Shown: positions 1 through 13,671, counted from the first letter of the stretch. The stretch: 64,000 bases of DNA from Octopus vulgaris (GCA_951406725.2 OX597821.1:74152001-74216000); one strand, 5' to 3'. Numbers and translations: made by a program. The notes: generated by a model not told the origin, from the sequence alone.

Positions 1-1080
1 AGAGTGTGTGATTTGCTGAATGCACTCGTCACACCAAAGGAGATTTCAAGAATAGTTGGAGTGTCCATAAAGACTGTTTATAATGTAAAGAATAGAATGA
101 CTATGAGCAAAACTATTACGAGGAAGTCTAGAACTGGAGGAATCAACAAAAAACGTACCAAAGCTTTTATTCAAGCTCTCAAATCCAAAATCCTAAAGGA
201 TTCAACCAAATCAATGAGAAAAATGGCAATTGAACTTGAGGTAGACAACAAGACCATTAGAAATGCAGTAAAATATGATTTGAGGTTAAAATCTTACGTA
301 AGAACACCAAAAAACTTGTTGACAACAGCTATGAAGGAAAAGAGATTGGAAAGGTGCAAGAAAATTCTTACATGGATGAAAAGATCTTCACTGTCGATGC
401 TGTTCTGAACCGCAGAAATGACAGATGTATCGCAAAATCGACAGCCAACGTTAAGGGGGCATAGAAAACAAAACATCCTGCTCAAATTATGGCTTTTGGT
501 GTTGTGACTTCCGATAGAAAGAAAATGCCTATAAAATTCTACAAAGCTGATGAAAAGATCAATGTTAATACTTACTACAAGACTCTGAGATACCAGGTAT
601 TGCCATGGCTTAAAGCAAACTACCCAGATGGAAATTATGTATGGACACAGGATGGTGCTCCAGCCCACACAGCTAGAAAAGTACATGATTTCTGCAAATC
701 CAACTTTAGCAATTTTTGGGAATCATGTTTATGGCCGCCTTCTTGCCCAGATCTAAACCCTCTGGATTATGCTGTTTGGGGCGTTTTAGAACATGCTACC
801 AATATAACATCACACAGCATTGTCGACTCTCTTAAAGATAATATTAAAGAAGAATGGGAGAAGTTGTCTCCCGAATATTTGAGGAACGCCTGTGCAAGTT
901 TCAGGAACCGTGTGAAGGCAGTTATTGAGAAAGAAGGAGGACACAAAGAATAAAAACATTTTCTATTATGTAAATTTTTTTGTGGCAAATAAATTCTCAT
1001 GATTTTCAATAAACTTATTGGTCATACACTGTCTTTCAATCCTTGCCTCAAAATATTGTAAATTTTGCTTCCCTAACCTG
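1..1080 (+). mobile_element. Tc1/mariner superfamily DNA transposon, DD37D (maT) family, frameshifted transposase; left end outside window
   Basis: ORF 4-408 gives an HTH-like N-terminus. Another frame at ~375 reads DEKIFTVDAVLNRRNDR (first catalytic D). ORF 489-953 has WTQDGAPAH...WPPSCPDLNPLDY with 37 residues between the 2nd and 3rd D. The element ends ...CCTG at 1080 followed by TA/(TA)n. Confidence 0.9.
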
Positions 1081-1354
1081 TATATATATATATATATATA
1101 TGTAAGTTAGAGATGTTTTAAACCCCTATGTATCCCTATGTCTTTCGCTCTTCTCATCTCTACATATGACTCTGCATTCCACAACTCTGCATTTACCACA
1201 ACTGGTAAACAGAAACTATCGTAAATGTACTATTACTACCACTGTTCTTTATTAATTAATTAAATTAATGGTTTACTAGCGCAAACGACTAACTCTTCTT
1301 CGTGTTATTTTCTCTCCATTTTCTTCTTGCATGATAAGTCATTAGCTATAACAC

Positions 1355-1520
1355 ATTCTTTATTCCCCACCCCCGTTTTCTTTCTGTATTCCTTTCTGTG
1401 GAAGAGCGTAGGCTCGAAACGTTAAAGACGTTTTCACTTCCCGAGCGTTATAATAATACATCTGCGTGTTGTATATATCACCTGTCTTCGTCTTTTGCTT
1501 TTGGGGGAATTCCCCTATAT
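1355..1520 (+). mobile_element. Short Penelope-like non-autonomous repeat, family A (hammerhead-bearing)
   Basis: Homologous to copies at 4785-4975, 27120-27330 and 32731-32895; its 3' end lies next to a (TA)n tract. Confidence 0.7.
1392..1427 (+). ncRNA. Minimal type-I hammerhead ribozyme motif (CUGUNGA variant)
   Basis: CUUU-CUGUGGA-A-GAGC(GUAG)GCUC-GAAA-CGU-U-AAAG: stem I CUUU/AAAG, 4-bp stem II, palindromic ACGU stem III. Confidence 0.65.
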
Positions 1521-1531
1521 GAATGTATCTA

Positions 1532-1573
<42 letters not shown>

Positions 1574-1763
1574 CAAATATTTAAGTGTTGGGTGTGTACC
1601 TTGTAGTAAACCAATGAAGCAGGTTTACTGCGTACGGCTACCTGACATCATCTCCAGTATTTACACAATTGTCGCTGGATCTACTTCAGGGGTTTCTTGG
1701 TGTTTGTTGAGTATATAACAAATGACGGAGACGGAAAATGGAATACAGGAGAAACTCCATTGC

Positions 1764-1867
1764 TCACCACGATCGTTTCGACGCAGCTAGCATCGAACCC
1801 TCGTGGGTGGGATACGGTACAACTAGTTATGGTGCATCCCTCGCTGTAGACACATCTTATCAGGTGA
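1764..1867 (-). ncRNA. Degenerate type-I hammerhead motif with long stem II insert
   Basis: Minus strand UCAC-CUGAUAA-GAUGUG...UGCGUC-GAA-ACGAUCGU-G-GUGA; G8 changed to A and G at the cleavage position suggest it is inactive. Confidence 0.5.
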
Positions 1868-2214
1868 TAAGGGGATATTTCGTTAGATAAACTCAGTTTC
1901 GCTCGGTTGAAAGAAATGTTAGTGACGATATGTTTACGCCGTTAGGCTGGAGTAGCGATGGACGGATTCCGTTGCGAATTTATAGACAAAGATAGGGAGT
2001 AATTAAGAAAAATAAGACGAAAAACAAAAATTAAACATACAATAAATTAAAACAATATTTGCGTTGGGACCCACATATAAGTATTTCTGTACCCACACTT
2101 GATGTTCTGTGTACATACACACTCTCGTATATGTACATCAACGTATGATGTGTCGAAACGGCCGCTATGAGCAACAAAGGTTCTCTTATGTTCCATTTCC
2201 ATCTCAATCAGTTG

Positions 2215-2274
<60 letters not shown>

Positions 2275-2364
2275 AAATATATATGTATATATACATGTTT
2301 ATATATTTATACATACACATATACATACATACGTACATACATACATACATGAATACAAACATAC

Positions 2365-2395
<31 letters not shown>

Positions 2396-2981
2396 GGGTT
2401 ATGAGAGGTAACGGTGTAATTAGGACCCAAAGGTGTCAGGTAATGCGGAATAAGTGCTATGGAAAGACCGTATTTAAGTTCCAGGTTCCGTGATTACCCG
2501 AATAAGGGGCTCAACATTGGTCATATGTCAGTGTATGTATATAAATTTTTTTTCGAAATGAGATAAAAAATCAGGGCTTTGTAGAATTTAGAACATTTAT
2601 AGATAATTATATATATATATATATATGCATGTATGAGTGCATACACTGCAGTTCCTTGATGAATTCAGCAAATCAAAAGCCTTAGAATATTTAAAAGTAA
2701 TAATGTTACATATTCAACATTGCACTGTATGTATTTATGTATGTCCTTATGTGTGTGTATGTATGTGTGTGTTTGTGTATGTGGTGTTTGCGTATGCATG
2801 GAAGTTTATGTTCTATGTATGTCAGAGTACCAAATTTAGGTAGAAGCAGATTTCATCATAACAGCGAAATAACACCGTTTAGAAAATATCGTTAAAACAG
2901 GGCTCACTTTAACTGGTGGACTTTTAAACTCTAATATCGCTATACGTGAATATAGCCAACGAGTTCATTACACACACAACC

Positions 2982-3030
<49 letters not shown>

Positions 3031-3301
3031 TGTATGTGTATGCTTACATATCAGTTTATATACATACATATATATATATATATACGCATTCGTATAAGTA
3101 TATATATATATATCTATAAGTATATATATGTGTATGTATGTATATATATATATATATATATATATAGATGTATACACACATAAAAAACACTTTAGATCTA
3201 TGACTAAGGATACCAATATATATAATATATATATGTATATGTTATGCTATATAGATAAATATTTACACATACACACACAGACACAAACACATGTAATTAT
3301 A

Positions 3302-3335
<34 letters not shown>

Positions 3336-3433
3336 GAAATTTCCGAAAACCTATATATATATATATGTATACAAATTATAGATATGTATATATGTACATA
3401 CATATAAATATAAATATACATATATGTATACAT

Positions 3434-3522
<89 letters not shown>

Positions 3523-4467
3523 TATATATACACGCATATATACATGCACATAGCTGGATGTATATGCACACATACCTACACAATCGGGTTCTTTGATGAT
3601 AGGTAAGGTTCAGTGACAATCGACATTCAACGTGGTAATTTATGAGTTGGATATAAATTATTCATGGCGTTGGATTTAGATGATGTTCTAATTTATACCT
3701 TCTCCATCGTCTATCTCCCAGTTACGTGATGCTCTCTTTAATGGCCATCATAACTTTTTATCCTCATATGATATCTATTAGCTTCATGGAATACCCGTTC
3801 TGCGTTCTCCTGCCTTACGAGTTCTCTTTTACTTTTCTGCTTTCATTTTTTTTTCCTAAATGCTGCTCTGAACCCATTTTAAATATGTTCACCTTGATTT
3901 GCTTTCGTATAATCCTCTTTGCTGTATGACGTAGCTTCGGTTTAATTATCGTCTAAAGCTTTACCCATGTTATACCTTGAAAATGCTTGGCCCAGCAAAT
4001 ACTTTTTGGCGTATTCGAACACACACACACACACACACAGACGCGCGCACACACACACACAGACACACACACACACACATATGTGTGAATCTGAGTGCCG
4101 AAGCTTGCTACTAAAGTTCTCAATGCTTGCATATTTAATAACTTCATTCCAGTCATAGATATTACAATGTTTTTACTCAGACATTTGCCTCTGTGTCGTT
4201 GTACCACAAAAACGGAGAAGGCGGTAAGTGGAAGGAAAAGAAGTATGGAGTTGTGGAAAGTGGTTCTTCGCAAACGGAGAATGAAGTAGTCTCAACGTAA
4301 AGTATTTACATCTCGTTTTTAGTAGAATTTAAGGCTTCTTGAGTAAGAACACATGTCTCTATCTTGCTCTTCTGCTTTTCCTGTCTGTCTCTCTTCTTGT
4401 CTCTGTCTGTTTTTATACACATACATATATGCATATATGCATATATGTATATATATATATATATATA

Positions 4468-4567
4468 TAGTTAATCCAAACAAGAAAACAAAAAAACACA
4501 ACAACGCAAGGACGTGGAACAAATAAAGTATTATTGGACGCTCAGGAAAGAAGGGAAGAAGGAGGGT

Positions 4568-4570
<3 letters not shown>
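4468..4570 (-). mobile_element. 3' fragment of Penelope-like family B between (TA)n tracts
   Basis: TAGTTAATCCAAAC...CAACAACGCAAGGACGTGGAACAA...GGACGCTCAGGAAAG is shared with the copies at 12912, 21407, 21790 and 45102. Confidence 0.65.
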
Positions 4571-4620
<50 letters not shown>

Positions 4621-4624
<4 letters not shown>

Positions 4625-4766
4625 TTGTGTGTCTGTGTCCCCCAACATCACTTGACAACCGATACTGGTGTGTTTACGTCCCCGTAACTTAGCGGCTCGG
4701 CAAAAGAGACCGATAGAATAAGTACTAGGCTAATAAAGAATAAGTCCTGGGGTCGATTTACTCGAC
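4621..4766 (+). mobile_element. 3' part of tRNA-derived SINE family 1
   Basis: Reverse complement of the 3' half of the full copy at 22365-22777. Confidence 0.8.
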
Positions 4767-4784
4767 ATATATATATATATATAT

Positions 4785-4975
4785 TTATGAAATTTACAGA
4801 AAAACAAAAGACGAAGACAGGTGTAATGAACAACAAGCGTGTGTAATAGTTTCACGCTCAGGAAAGTGAGAAAGTCTTTCACGTTTCGAGCCTACGCTCT
4901 TCAACAGAAAGGAACAAGAGAAAAATAAACAGAAAGAGAAGAATAAAAATAAATTGAGGATTTAGTGCTGCATAA
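4785..4975 (-). mobile_element. Penelope-like family A copy with hammerhead motif at 4876-4911
   Basis: Minus strand CUUU-CUGUUGA-A-GAGC(GUAG)GCUC-GAAA-CGU-G-AAAG; tail abuts (TA)n. Confidence 0.7.
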
Positions 4976-5003
4976 ATATACGCATACACACATACCCCCC
5001 CCC

Positions 5004-5074
<71 letters not shown>

Positions 5075-5580
5075 ATAAAGGTTGGTAGACGCAATATAAA
5101 ACCAAACTGGAAAAATATTGTTTTCACTAATGGTAACCAAGGTTGTCGGGAAGAACCTATATTGCCAGACAAAAGAGTCAAAGACCTTTATAGCCACAAA
5201 TAAAGCACAAGTCCATGTACTGATAGGGGAGTTAACCGCCCCACTATGAGCGATGGTATGCATACATATACATACACACACTCACAGCCATATATACGTA
5301 TTTGTATGTATGCACACACAGACACACACGTATATATTTCGGATATTTCGGGTGAACACCTCATAATATGCTTATAAGAGCTCTTATGCAGATATCTGGC
5401 TACCATATGATTCACTATAGTGAGGGGTATATCCCGAGGCTGGATACACGTGCGGAACTCCTCTGAAGATAAGATAAATACAAGGATACTACAAAAGGAG
5501 GATGGAGAATAACATTTGTTTCTGCACTGCACATCAACGTTAAGTTGCTGAGTTTATATTCAACGGTCATTATAGAAAAA

Positions 5581-5952
5581 TATTATTACCTCCCCCTTAG
5601 CGAAGGCTGATGTATTGTTTTCAGACGTGTTTGTTTGCCTATGGACAAGATATCTGAAGAACCGCTGGATGAATTCGCATGAAACTTTCAGGTGTGCTTG
5701 GCCTCGTGACTGGCACGAACTGATTAGATTTGGGGATTGATCTGGTGCCAGACAAGCATTCTGGATTATTTTTTTCGTTTCTTATATTTGCTTAACTTTT
5801 GAGAGCGGTCGGGTTCATTTTTAGAGTTCTCGTTTGTGAGAGCAGTCGAGTTTATTTCAGATATTCTCATTTTAAAACTCATCTCCAGCTGATCATTGAG
5901 AGAACGTTGGTGTTGCCTTGACGGAGGTTTGCGCTCTCTGATTGCTCTTGTT
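5581..5952 (+). mobile_element. Helentron-associated non-autonomous element (HINE/DINE-1-like)
   Basis: 5' TTATTACCTCC..AAGG and 3' CCTTGACGGAGGT subterminal inverted repeats, GTTT repeat, typical ...ATGAAACTTTCAGG core, 3' hairpin GCGCTCTCTGATTGC and T-rich ends. Confidence 0.75.
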
Positions 5953-6167
5953 TATATTTATTATTCAGAAAAATCCGACGGGAATTAGTCATATTCCGAC
6001 CTGATGAGGGGACGACACACAGCCGTTGCGAGTAGCATTTAACTGCATAATAATTTTTCTATATATACTGTTGAAAATAAACTCGCAACTTAAGATATAT
6101 GTAGATGTATGTATGTATGTATGTATGTATGTATGTATGTATGTATGTATGTATGTATGTATGTATG

Positions 6168-6210
<43 letters not shown>

Positions 6211-7514
6211 ATATCTATCTCTGTATATATATAAAACCACAAAAGAAAAAATTAATCATCTCTAATTGTGACCGAGGATGCTGGATAGCGTCTTTACTGC
6301 AAGAAATAAGAGTTAGAATCTCTTAAGGCTGCATGATGCGCACAATTTATATATACAGTGACAGGGGAGATAATCGCTCCATGAGCAAAATCGCAAGCAC
6401 TGGACTAGTTACGTTTGTTAATTGCACACTTGCCAGCAGTGCCTACTCCATTGCTCGGATGGTCTAGCGAAATCCGTCTGTCAGTATATATATTTACCAC
6501 ATAAATTTATGCTTGATTTAGCGAAATGCTAATGTGTATACTAAAAATTAATATGAGCAGCTAGGCGCAATATAAAACCATACAGGAACGATTTAATCGT
6601 CACAAATAGTTACTGAGGGGGTTGAATAACACCGATATTACAAGAGAAAAGAGATAAAGCTATCAATTTTCTTTACTGTGCTATAGTAAAAAAAGGATTT
6701 TACTTCCTTTTGTGTTTTGGTCAAGGTTTGTTATTACGAACCAGATGAAATAGCCTGTAATTTGTCCTATAAAACTGAAAGTGAAGTGTCTTACGTACAT
6801 ACGTATATGTGTACACACATACATACACACACATACGCACATATGTATACATATATATGTATGCATATATGCATGGATATCTACATACACACACACTCAC
6901 ACACATCCAGTGAGACCTTCTATATTAAAATCATGTATGTACAATTAGACATATAAGCATTGGTACACAGGTTCTAATTGGTACGAAGGTTCTAATTAAT
7001 AAGTTTGACATATTGAGTATTCTATGACTTTCGAACAGATATTCAGTAAATTCTGCGAGCAGGACTGGAAAAATATTAGAGACATTACCAATATTTAACA
7101 AATTTAACAAATGAATTTTGGTAGCTTATATCTTTGAAACCTTCCAATATCTTTGTATAGAAGAAATTAGATATAGATTACTAGACATTTTCAGGCATAA
7201 AATACACAAACAAATTCATGCGTAACGAATTTGTTTTTCGTCGTGTAGCGTTTGCAAGGCACTAACGAGTCATTATCTAAGAAATTTGTGTCAAAACGTA
7301 ACTGTTTTTTTTAAGCACATTTTTGGTGCGATTTTTAAAATCCTCCGGAATATACAAAGATCAGGTGTAAACTGATAAAAACTATAATACAGTCACATTA
7401 TATGTAAAATTCTGTAAACTTAAAAGAAAGAGTTATATTCCAAATTAATAAATTCATTATTGTGTCTACAATTCAGTACACATACACATGCACGCACACA
7501 CACACAACCACATA

Positions 7515-7622
<108 letters not shown>

Positions 7623-8148
7623 TTTATACATGTGTGAATTTGTCTTTTATGGTTTTTGTTCCCTTTTATTATGTGAATAATGTGAAATTGCTACTTTGCT
7701 CTGCAATTTAGAAACCAGTCGGGACTTTTTAGATTAAAAGTGGTGAGAAATATTGACGTTGATTTTTGAAAGAATGGAAAATGTGCTGCTGTGATCGTAC
7801 GAAATGGAGATTGGTAAACATGATAGAAATGTGATATTCACTAAAGCTTATGTGTTTGATTCACAGAATAGAGACACGTCTCAGACAGGGTCCATCGCTT
7901 TACATTGCGTTGCATGCGTGTATGTCCGGATGCCATTTAAAATGGCTCCCAATATTGCCGAAGTGTAAACTTTTATAGCGATGTCATTGCTATTAATTTA
8001 AGAGTAAATATACGAGTTAAGTCCAAATACATATGTAAACAATCTTCAGATAACATTCTCCAAATACATGCATACATACATACATACATACATACATACA
8101 TACATACATACATACATACATACACACACAAACACACACACACATATA

Positions 8149-8180
<32 letters not shown>

Positions 8181-8339
8181 GCAGATACGCGTACACATAC
8201 CCTCAGACAATACCCACATAAATGCCACAAAATACAAATAGAAACATACTCACAGACACAGACACATATTTGCTAATATGTGTCGTTGCAGAGAGAGAGA
8301 GAGAAGGCAGAGGGAGAAAGAGAAAGAGAGAGGCTCGTG

Positions 8340-8415
<76 letters not shown>

Positions 8416-8656
8416 TGATTCGTTATTGCGTGTACGTGTGTTGGTATTTATATCTACTGGGTCATAATTAAATTACAATGGCTGGATTGCCATTAATTTA
8501 TAGATTCCTGTATTGATATTTCACCGGAAACCTGCATTAATTCTAAGACTACAGAACGGTTGTTTGAATAACTTTGGATAGCTTAATTTGTGAAACACTG
8601 TGAAGCAAATTATTGTAAAATGAACGTTAGAAACTAAATTATAATTACAAGTTAAC

Positions 8657-9010
8657 TAGCATGTTTTACCACGTATAAGCACGGATTTTTACGTCGATTT
8701 GGAATGATGAGATTCCAATAGTCTACACAAACCACGATTTGTTTTCATTGGTGAAGGCTTGAAGAGGACCAGTTACAATTCTGGAGTTGCTGATTACAGA
8801 AAGTTGGTGCAAATGTTTGCCACAAATACAATTAATAGCATAATTAGGCTTTTTGATTAGAGTTCTCTATTTACTGCCAAAATTGTCTTCGCCATAGCAT
8901 GGCGTACAACCCATCCTGTTTTGCTAAATGCCCACTCGAACACCAAGTTAGAAACTCTGAGTTCCCGCACATGTCATTAGATGGCAGTTGATTTTTCTGA
9001 ATTCATGCTC
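8657..9010 (-). mobile_element. Possible pogo/Tigger-like DNA transposon end (degraded)
   Basis: TGTTTTACCACGTATAAGCACGG resembles a pogo-type TIR (TATTTTACCGCGTATAAGC); no clean ORF. Confidence 0.3.
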
Positions 9011-9039
9011 ACTTTGGCAGCTATTTATTTTTGACCCAG

Positions 9040-9155
9040 CAGTGTCGATATTGACGAATCTTCTGGGAGACCCGCAACCAGCAGAACTGAGAAAACGTCC
9101 GTGAGTTATCAGAGTATCTGCAGATCAGTTACGGTTCAGTTCAGTTCATTATCAG
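9040..9155 (+). mobile_element. Mariner transposase fragment, near-duplicate of 10135-10250
   Basis: TGTCGATATTGACGAATCTTCTGGG.GACCCGCAACCAGCAGAAC...GTTCAGTTCAGTTCATTATCA is present at both positions. Confidence 0.7.
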
Positions 9156-9810
9156 TTTCAGTCATAAAAGCGCCTTACTCCTCAAGCAGAGGGCGTTACC
9201 GGTTAAGCTGCTAAATTCGAGGGTTTCTATAAAAGGGTGAAAAAACACTACAACCGATCTCCCATCAAAACAATGTATTCTAAAATATCAAACATTTTCA
9301 ACTAGATTATGGCAGGGAGATAGCAGTTACGAAAGGATTACCCCTTATTTTTCCCCCAACGACCTCAAACGGTTCCGGAATCCTGCATACACGTTCCTCA
9401 CTGTGTCTTCGGGCAGATCTTCGAAAATCTGGTTGGCCTTGGCCACCAGTTCGGCTTGGCTGTTGCAGGCAGATCGGTTAGTGTCTTTCTTAGTCGCACA
9501 CCACACTTAGTAATCCATGCAATGACAATCGGGGGGTGGGGGTGGAGATTAGGAAGAGAGAAATTGGGGATGGGGAAAACATAGAAATTCTCTTACGACC
9601 ACTTTCCGCTGGGTACGGCACATACTTTTGCTACATATATGGCAACCCAGCTGCAACCCCATCCAACCAGGGTTTCATCACGCTATCTAGCTGCTTCACA
9701 CAGCCGTCTCAGTTGAGTTTAAATGACTTGTTCAAAAACTTTGGCTGTGTCACCCTCTCTGGAGACAGTCTTAAGTCCATCATAGAGAAAGACTTATTCA
9801 CTCATTTAAG

Positions 9811-10665
9811 AGAGGTCTGATCAATAAGTACCTTGACTGATGCCATAGTAACGAAGCTAAAGCACGCAATGGGGCCGCTCGACACAGATTGATCATGAAC
9901 TCAGCTGTGCATGCGCACAAGGTTTTTTAAATTCTAGCTCAACCCCACTACTTAGAGCATTGCTTGGTAAGAAGGTGTGTAGCGTGTGGTCGTCGCATTG
10001 ACCATGACGGAGAAAGTTGTCATGGCGATACATGCTCAGAGGCCTATGCAATGTTGCAAAAAGTGTATGAAGAGGAGTGTATGAGCCGCCCATAAGTATG
10101 CGAGTGGCTTTGACGTTTCCAAGATGGCCGAAAAAATGTCGATATTGACGAATCTTCTGGGTGACCCGCAACCAGCAGAACAGAGAAAACGTGAGTTATC
10201 AGAGGATCTGCAGATTAGTTATAGTTCAGTTCAGTTCAGTTCATTATCACTGAAGATATGAAGATTATCACTGGGTATGAAAAGCATGTCTGCCACGTTT
10301 GTGCCAAAACTGCTTTTAACTGACCAAAAAGACACTCTGGGTTTCAGTTGCACAAGATCTCCTTGATTGTGTCGAGAACGAGGAAAACTTTTTGAAAATT
10401 TGCGTAGGCCTCTGAGCAGGCATCGCCAAGATTTGGGCAAAATTTGATGCAGATTCTCTGCTGAACTTTCTCTGTCATTGTCAATGCAACAATCACACGC
10501 TACACATCTTCCTTCCAAGCACAGCTGTAAACAGCGGAAGTCATCTAGAATGCTAAAACTTAGTGAGCATGCACAAGAGAGTTCAAAGTCAATCTGTGTC
10601 AAAAGATTTCACTCTGCGTTCTTTAGCTTCGTTACTATGCCAAGAGTCAGTATAATTATTCATCA
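9811..10665 (+). mobile_element. Internally deleted mariner element
   Basis: Left end GAGGTCTGATCAATAAGTA...CATAGTAACGAAGCTAAAG; inverted CTTTAGCTTCGTTACTATG at 10621. Internal remnants read EWL*RFQDGRKNV and GMKSMSATFVPKLLLTDQK (mariner WVPxxL-like). Confidence 0.75.
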
Positions 10666-10683
10666 TATACATATATATATATA

Positions 10684-10732
<49 letters not shown>

Positions 10733-10748
10733 AAGAGAGAGAGAGAGA

Positions 10749-11037
10749 GCAATGGAGGTGATCAATGTGTGGTATTTATCAACTTTTAGACATTATGTCA
10801 ATTTATTTATTTACTAAAAGGACAATTATAACAATATACATACATGTATAACATATCATGCTTTACATATATAAAATATAAAAATATCAGTAATTATTAA
10901 AATATATAACATATAGTAATAAGTGTGTGTATTATTGTTATAATTATATTATATAATTATAATGATACGAACTATTGCATTAATCCTCCCTTCTAAACAC
11001 ATCAAATACGTATGTACCTATGAATATGATTGTACGG

Positions 11038-11117
<80 letters not shown>

Positions 11118-11945
11118 TCCTTATGTTTATACAGTTTCATTCTTACATAACTAAAAAATCTTAAGATATATGGATTTTATAAGTACAATATTACTCCTCT
11201 TATAATAACTTTCTCATACCTCTGTTTATATTTTATCTACTATGAATAATTTAATGCATCTAATAATAATAATTATTATAATATTAATAATAATAATAAT
11301 TATTATTGATTCCTTTGTATGTATATACATGCACATATTCACGTACATTTAAGTGTAGGTATATGTATTTATGTATATTTATGTATATGTATGTATGTGT
11401 AAAATTATGTATATGTGTGTGTGTTTATATTTATAACTTAACCTTACGTACTTTCTAAAATCTCTGACGAAGCCTAGAGAAACACCCAAGTATCTCAATT
11501 TCATCTACTAATTACTTCACTGTACTGGAGAGATAAAGGTAGAATGAGGTATTTTTGCCTCTTGGCTGAAACAGCTGTAAGATATTATCCCAATTTCTAT
11601 TGGTATATGTTATATATTTTAATAATTACTGATATTTTTATGTTTTATATATTATATATGTAAAGCATAATATGTTATACATGTATGTATATTGGTATAA
11701 TTGTCCTTTTAGTAAATAAATATACTGACATAAAATAATGTCCAAAAGTTGATGAATACCACCTATCGATCCCCTCCATTGTTCTATAAATTAATGGTAA
11801 AATAACTCTTTATCCTCACCCATTTATTACACTCGGTAATGCAATAGCCATGCAATGAAAAATCACTTGTGTATTAATAATTGGGTATTCTAGCAGTATA
11901 GTGGATAGATATTATCCCTTAGTTGGGTAGATTCACAACCTACCA
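10749..11945 (+). mobile_element. Penelope-like pLTR remnant with inverted 5' duplicate
   Basis: 10749-10915 is a diverged reverse complement of 11604-11781; a hammerhead lies at 11460-11583. Confidence 0.65.
11460..11583 (+). ncRNA. Type-I hammerhead ribozyme with canonical core and extended stem II
   Basis: AUCU-CUGACGA-AGCCUAGAG...(~80 nt)...CUCUUGGCU-GAA-ACAGCUGU-A-AGAU; all core nucleotides intact, palindromic stem III. Confidence 0.75.
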
Positions 11946-11949
11946 CGAG

Positions 11950-12065
11950 CTTCTTTTAGTTTCTGTACACCAAATTCGATGCTATAGTAGAAGATACTTG
12001 CCCTAGGTGCCATGCTGCTGTGGGATTGAACCTGGAACCACGAGATGTGGAAATCCACACCTGCG
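11950..12065 (-). mobile_element. Degraded 5' part of SINE family 1
   Basis: GCTATAGTAGAAGATACTTGCCC.AGGTGCC...GGGATTGAACCTGGAACC matches the family head. Confidence 0.7.
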
Positions 12066-12617
12066 ACATCTTCATATTCTTGTTATTTAGCTTATGAATT
12101 ATGGTATGGTAATTTATTGCATGTCACATATGCCTGTTAAAAATTTTAAAATACCAAATAGATTTAACAAAATGTCTATCTCATACGCAGGAAATTTCGC
12201 TAGAAATTTTAGATGCTAAATATAATCCGAATCCTGGATTATACCACAATATGGTTCCATTATATGATATATTATTAAGCTTAGTGCAAAGATTATCGCC
12301 CTTAGTAGAGTTATTCTCATTAGAATTAAAGTCGACAGCGACAATGTTGGAGCACTCTTGTATAATCTTATATTCAGTGACCATTCTTATGCGATTGGCT
12401 TTCGGTGACGGAGGCAATTCGACCAAACTGCCTTCTTCTGAGTTTCTTGTTGTGAATAAATATGTATGTATGCATGTATGTATGTATGTATGCATGATAT
12501 TTCATAATATAGAAAACTCTACTTTCAGTTTGGAGTCACAGCATCAGAAAATGGTCTGTTGATATTTATAAACATTTTCTAAAATAACATTTGGTTTACA
12601 TATACATATATATATAC

Positions 12618-12724
<107 letters not shown>

Positions 12725-12806
12725 TATATATATGGTAACACTTGCACACGGCTCTCACGCACTCGCACTTATTGTATACACATATAACCCGCACAAGCAT
12801 ACATAC

Positions 12807-12837
<31 letters not shown>

Positions 12838-12863
12838 CATACATACATACATACATACAAACA

Positions 12864-12896
<33 letters not shown>

Positions 12897-12911
12897 GTAT
12901 GTTTATACATA

Positions 12912-13117
12912 TAGTTAATCCTAACATGAAAACACAAAGAGAAAATAAAACAACGCGAGGACGTGGAACAAGTATAATGTTATTGGATGCTCAGGAAAGG
13001 AAAGAAAGAAGGAGGATTGAACGTTTCGAGCGGAGCTCTTCGTCAGAAACTTAGAAAAAGGACAGGTCCAAGGAAGAGAAGACAGAAAAAGAAAATCGCC
13101 AACGATACACACGCGGT

Positions 13118-13118
<1 letters not shown>
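12912..13118 (-). mobile_element. Penelope-like family B copy with hammerhead motif at 13016-13050
   Basis: Minus strand GUUU-CUGACGA-A-GAGC(UCC)GCUC-GAAA-CGU-U-CAAU; canonical core, weakened stem I. Confidence 0.7.
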
Positions 13119-13149
<31 letters not shown>

Positions 13150-13331
13150 CACACATATATACATATATGAATATATATATATATGTCTATCTACCTATCT
13201 ACATATTTATATATATACATATATAAATATATGCATATAGATAGGTATTTATATATATATATGTAGATATATATACATATATATATATACATACATGTTT
13301 TTATATATATGCAAATATATAAATATATGTA

Positions 13332-13382
<51 letters not shown>

Positions 13383-13615
13383 AAACATATATATATACAT
13401 ACAAATATATATATATATATAACATATACATTACACATATATAAAATATGTATATATATAATATACATACAAATACATACACACATGTATATACACTGAG
13501 TCGCAAGGATAGAAACATGTATTCATATGTGAGTATTTAGATATACAAACATGCGCATTCAAATACGCATGCATATATGTATATATGTGTGTGTGTGTGT
13601 GTGCGTGTGTGTATG

Positions 13616-13671
<56 letters not shown>

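Noticed and set aside
5995-6080. CTGATGAGGGG as a hammerhead 5' half
   Set aside because: No matching stem II partner followed by GAAA and a cleavage triplet
12181-12495. Both strands open for ~100 codons in complex sequence
   Set aside because: No recognisable domain or convincing splice sites; contains a hairpin and sits against a microsatellite like the other repeat remnants
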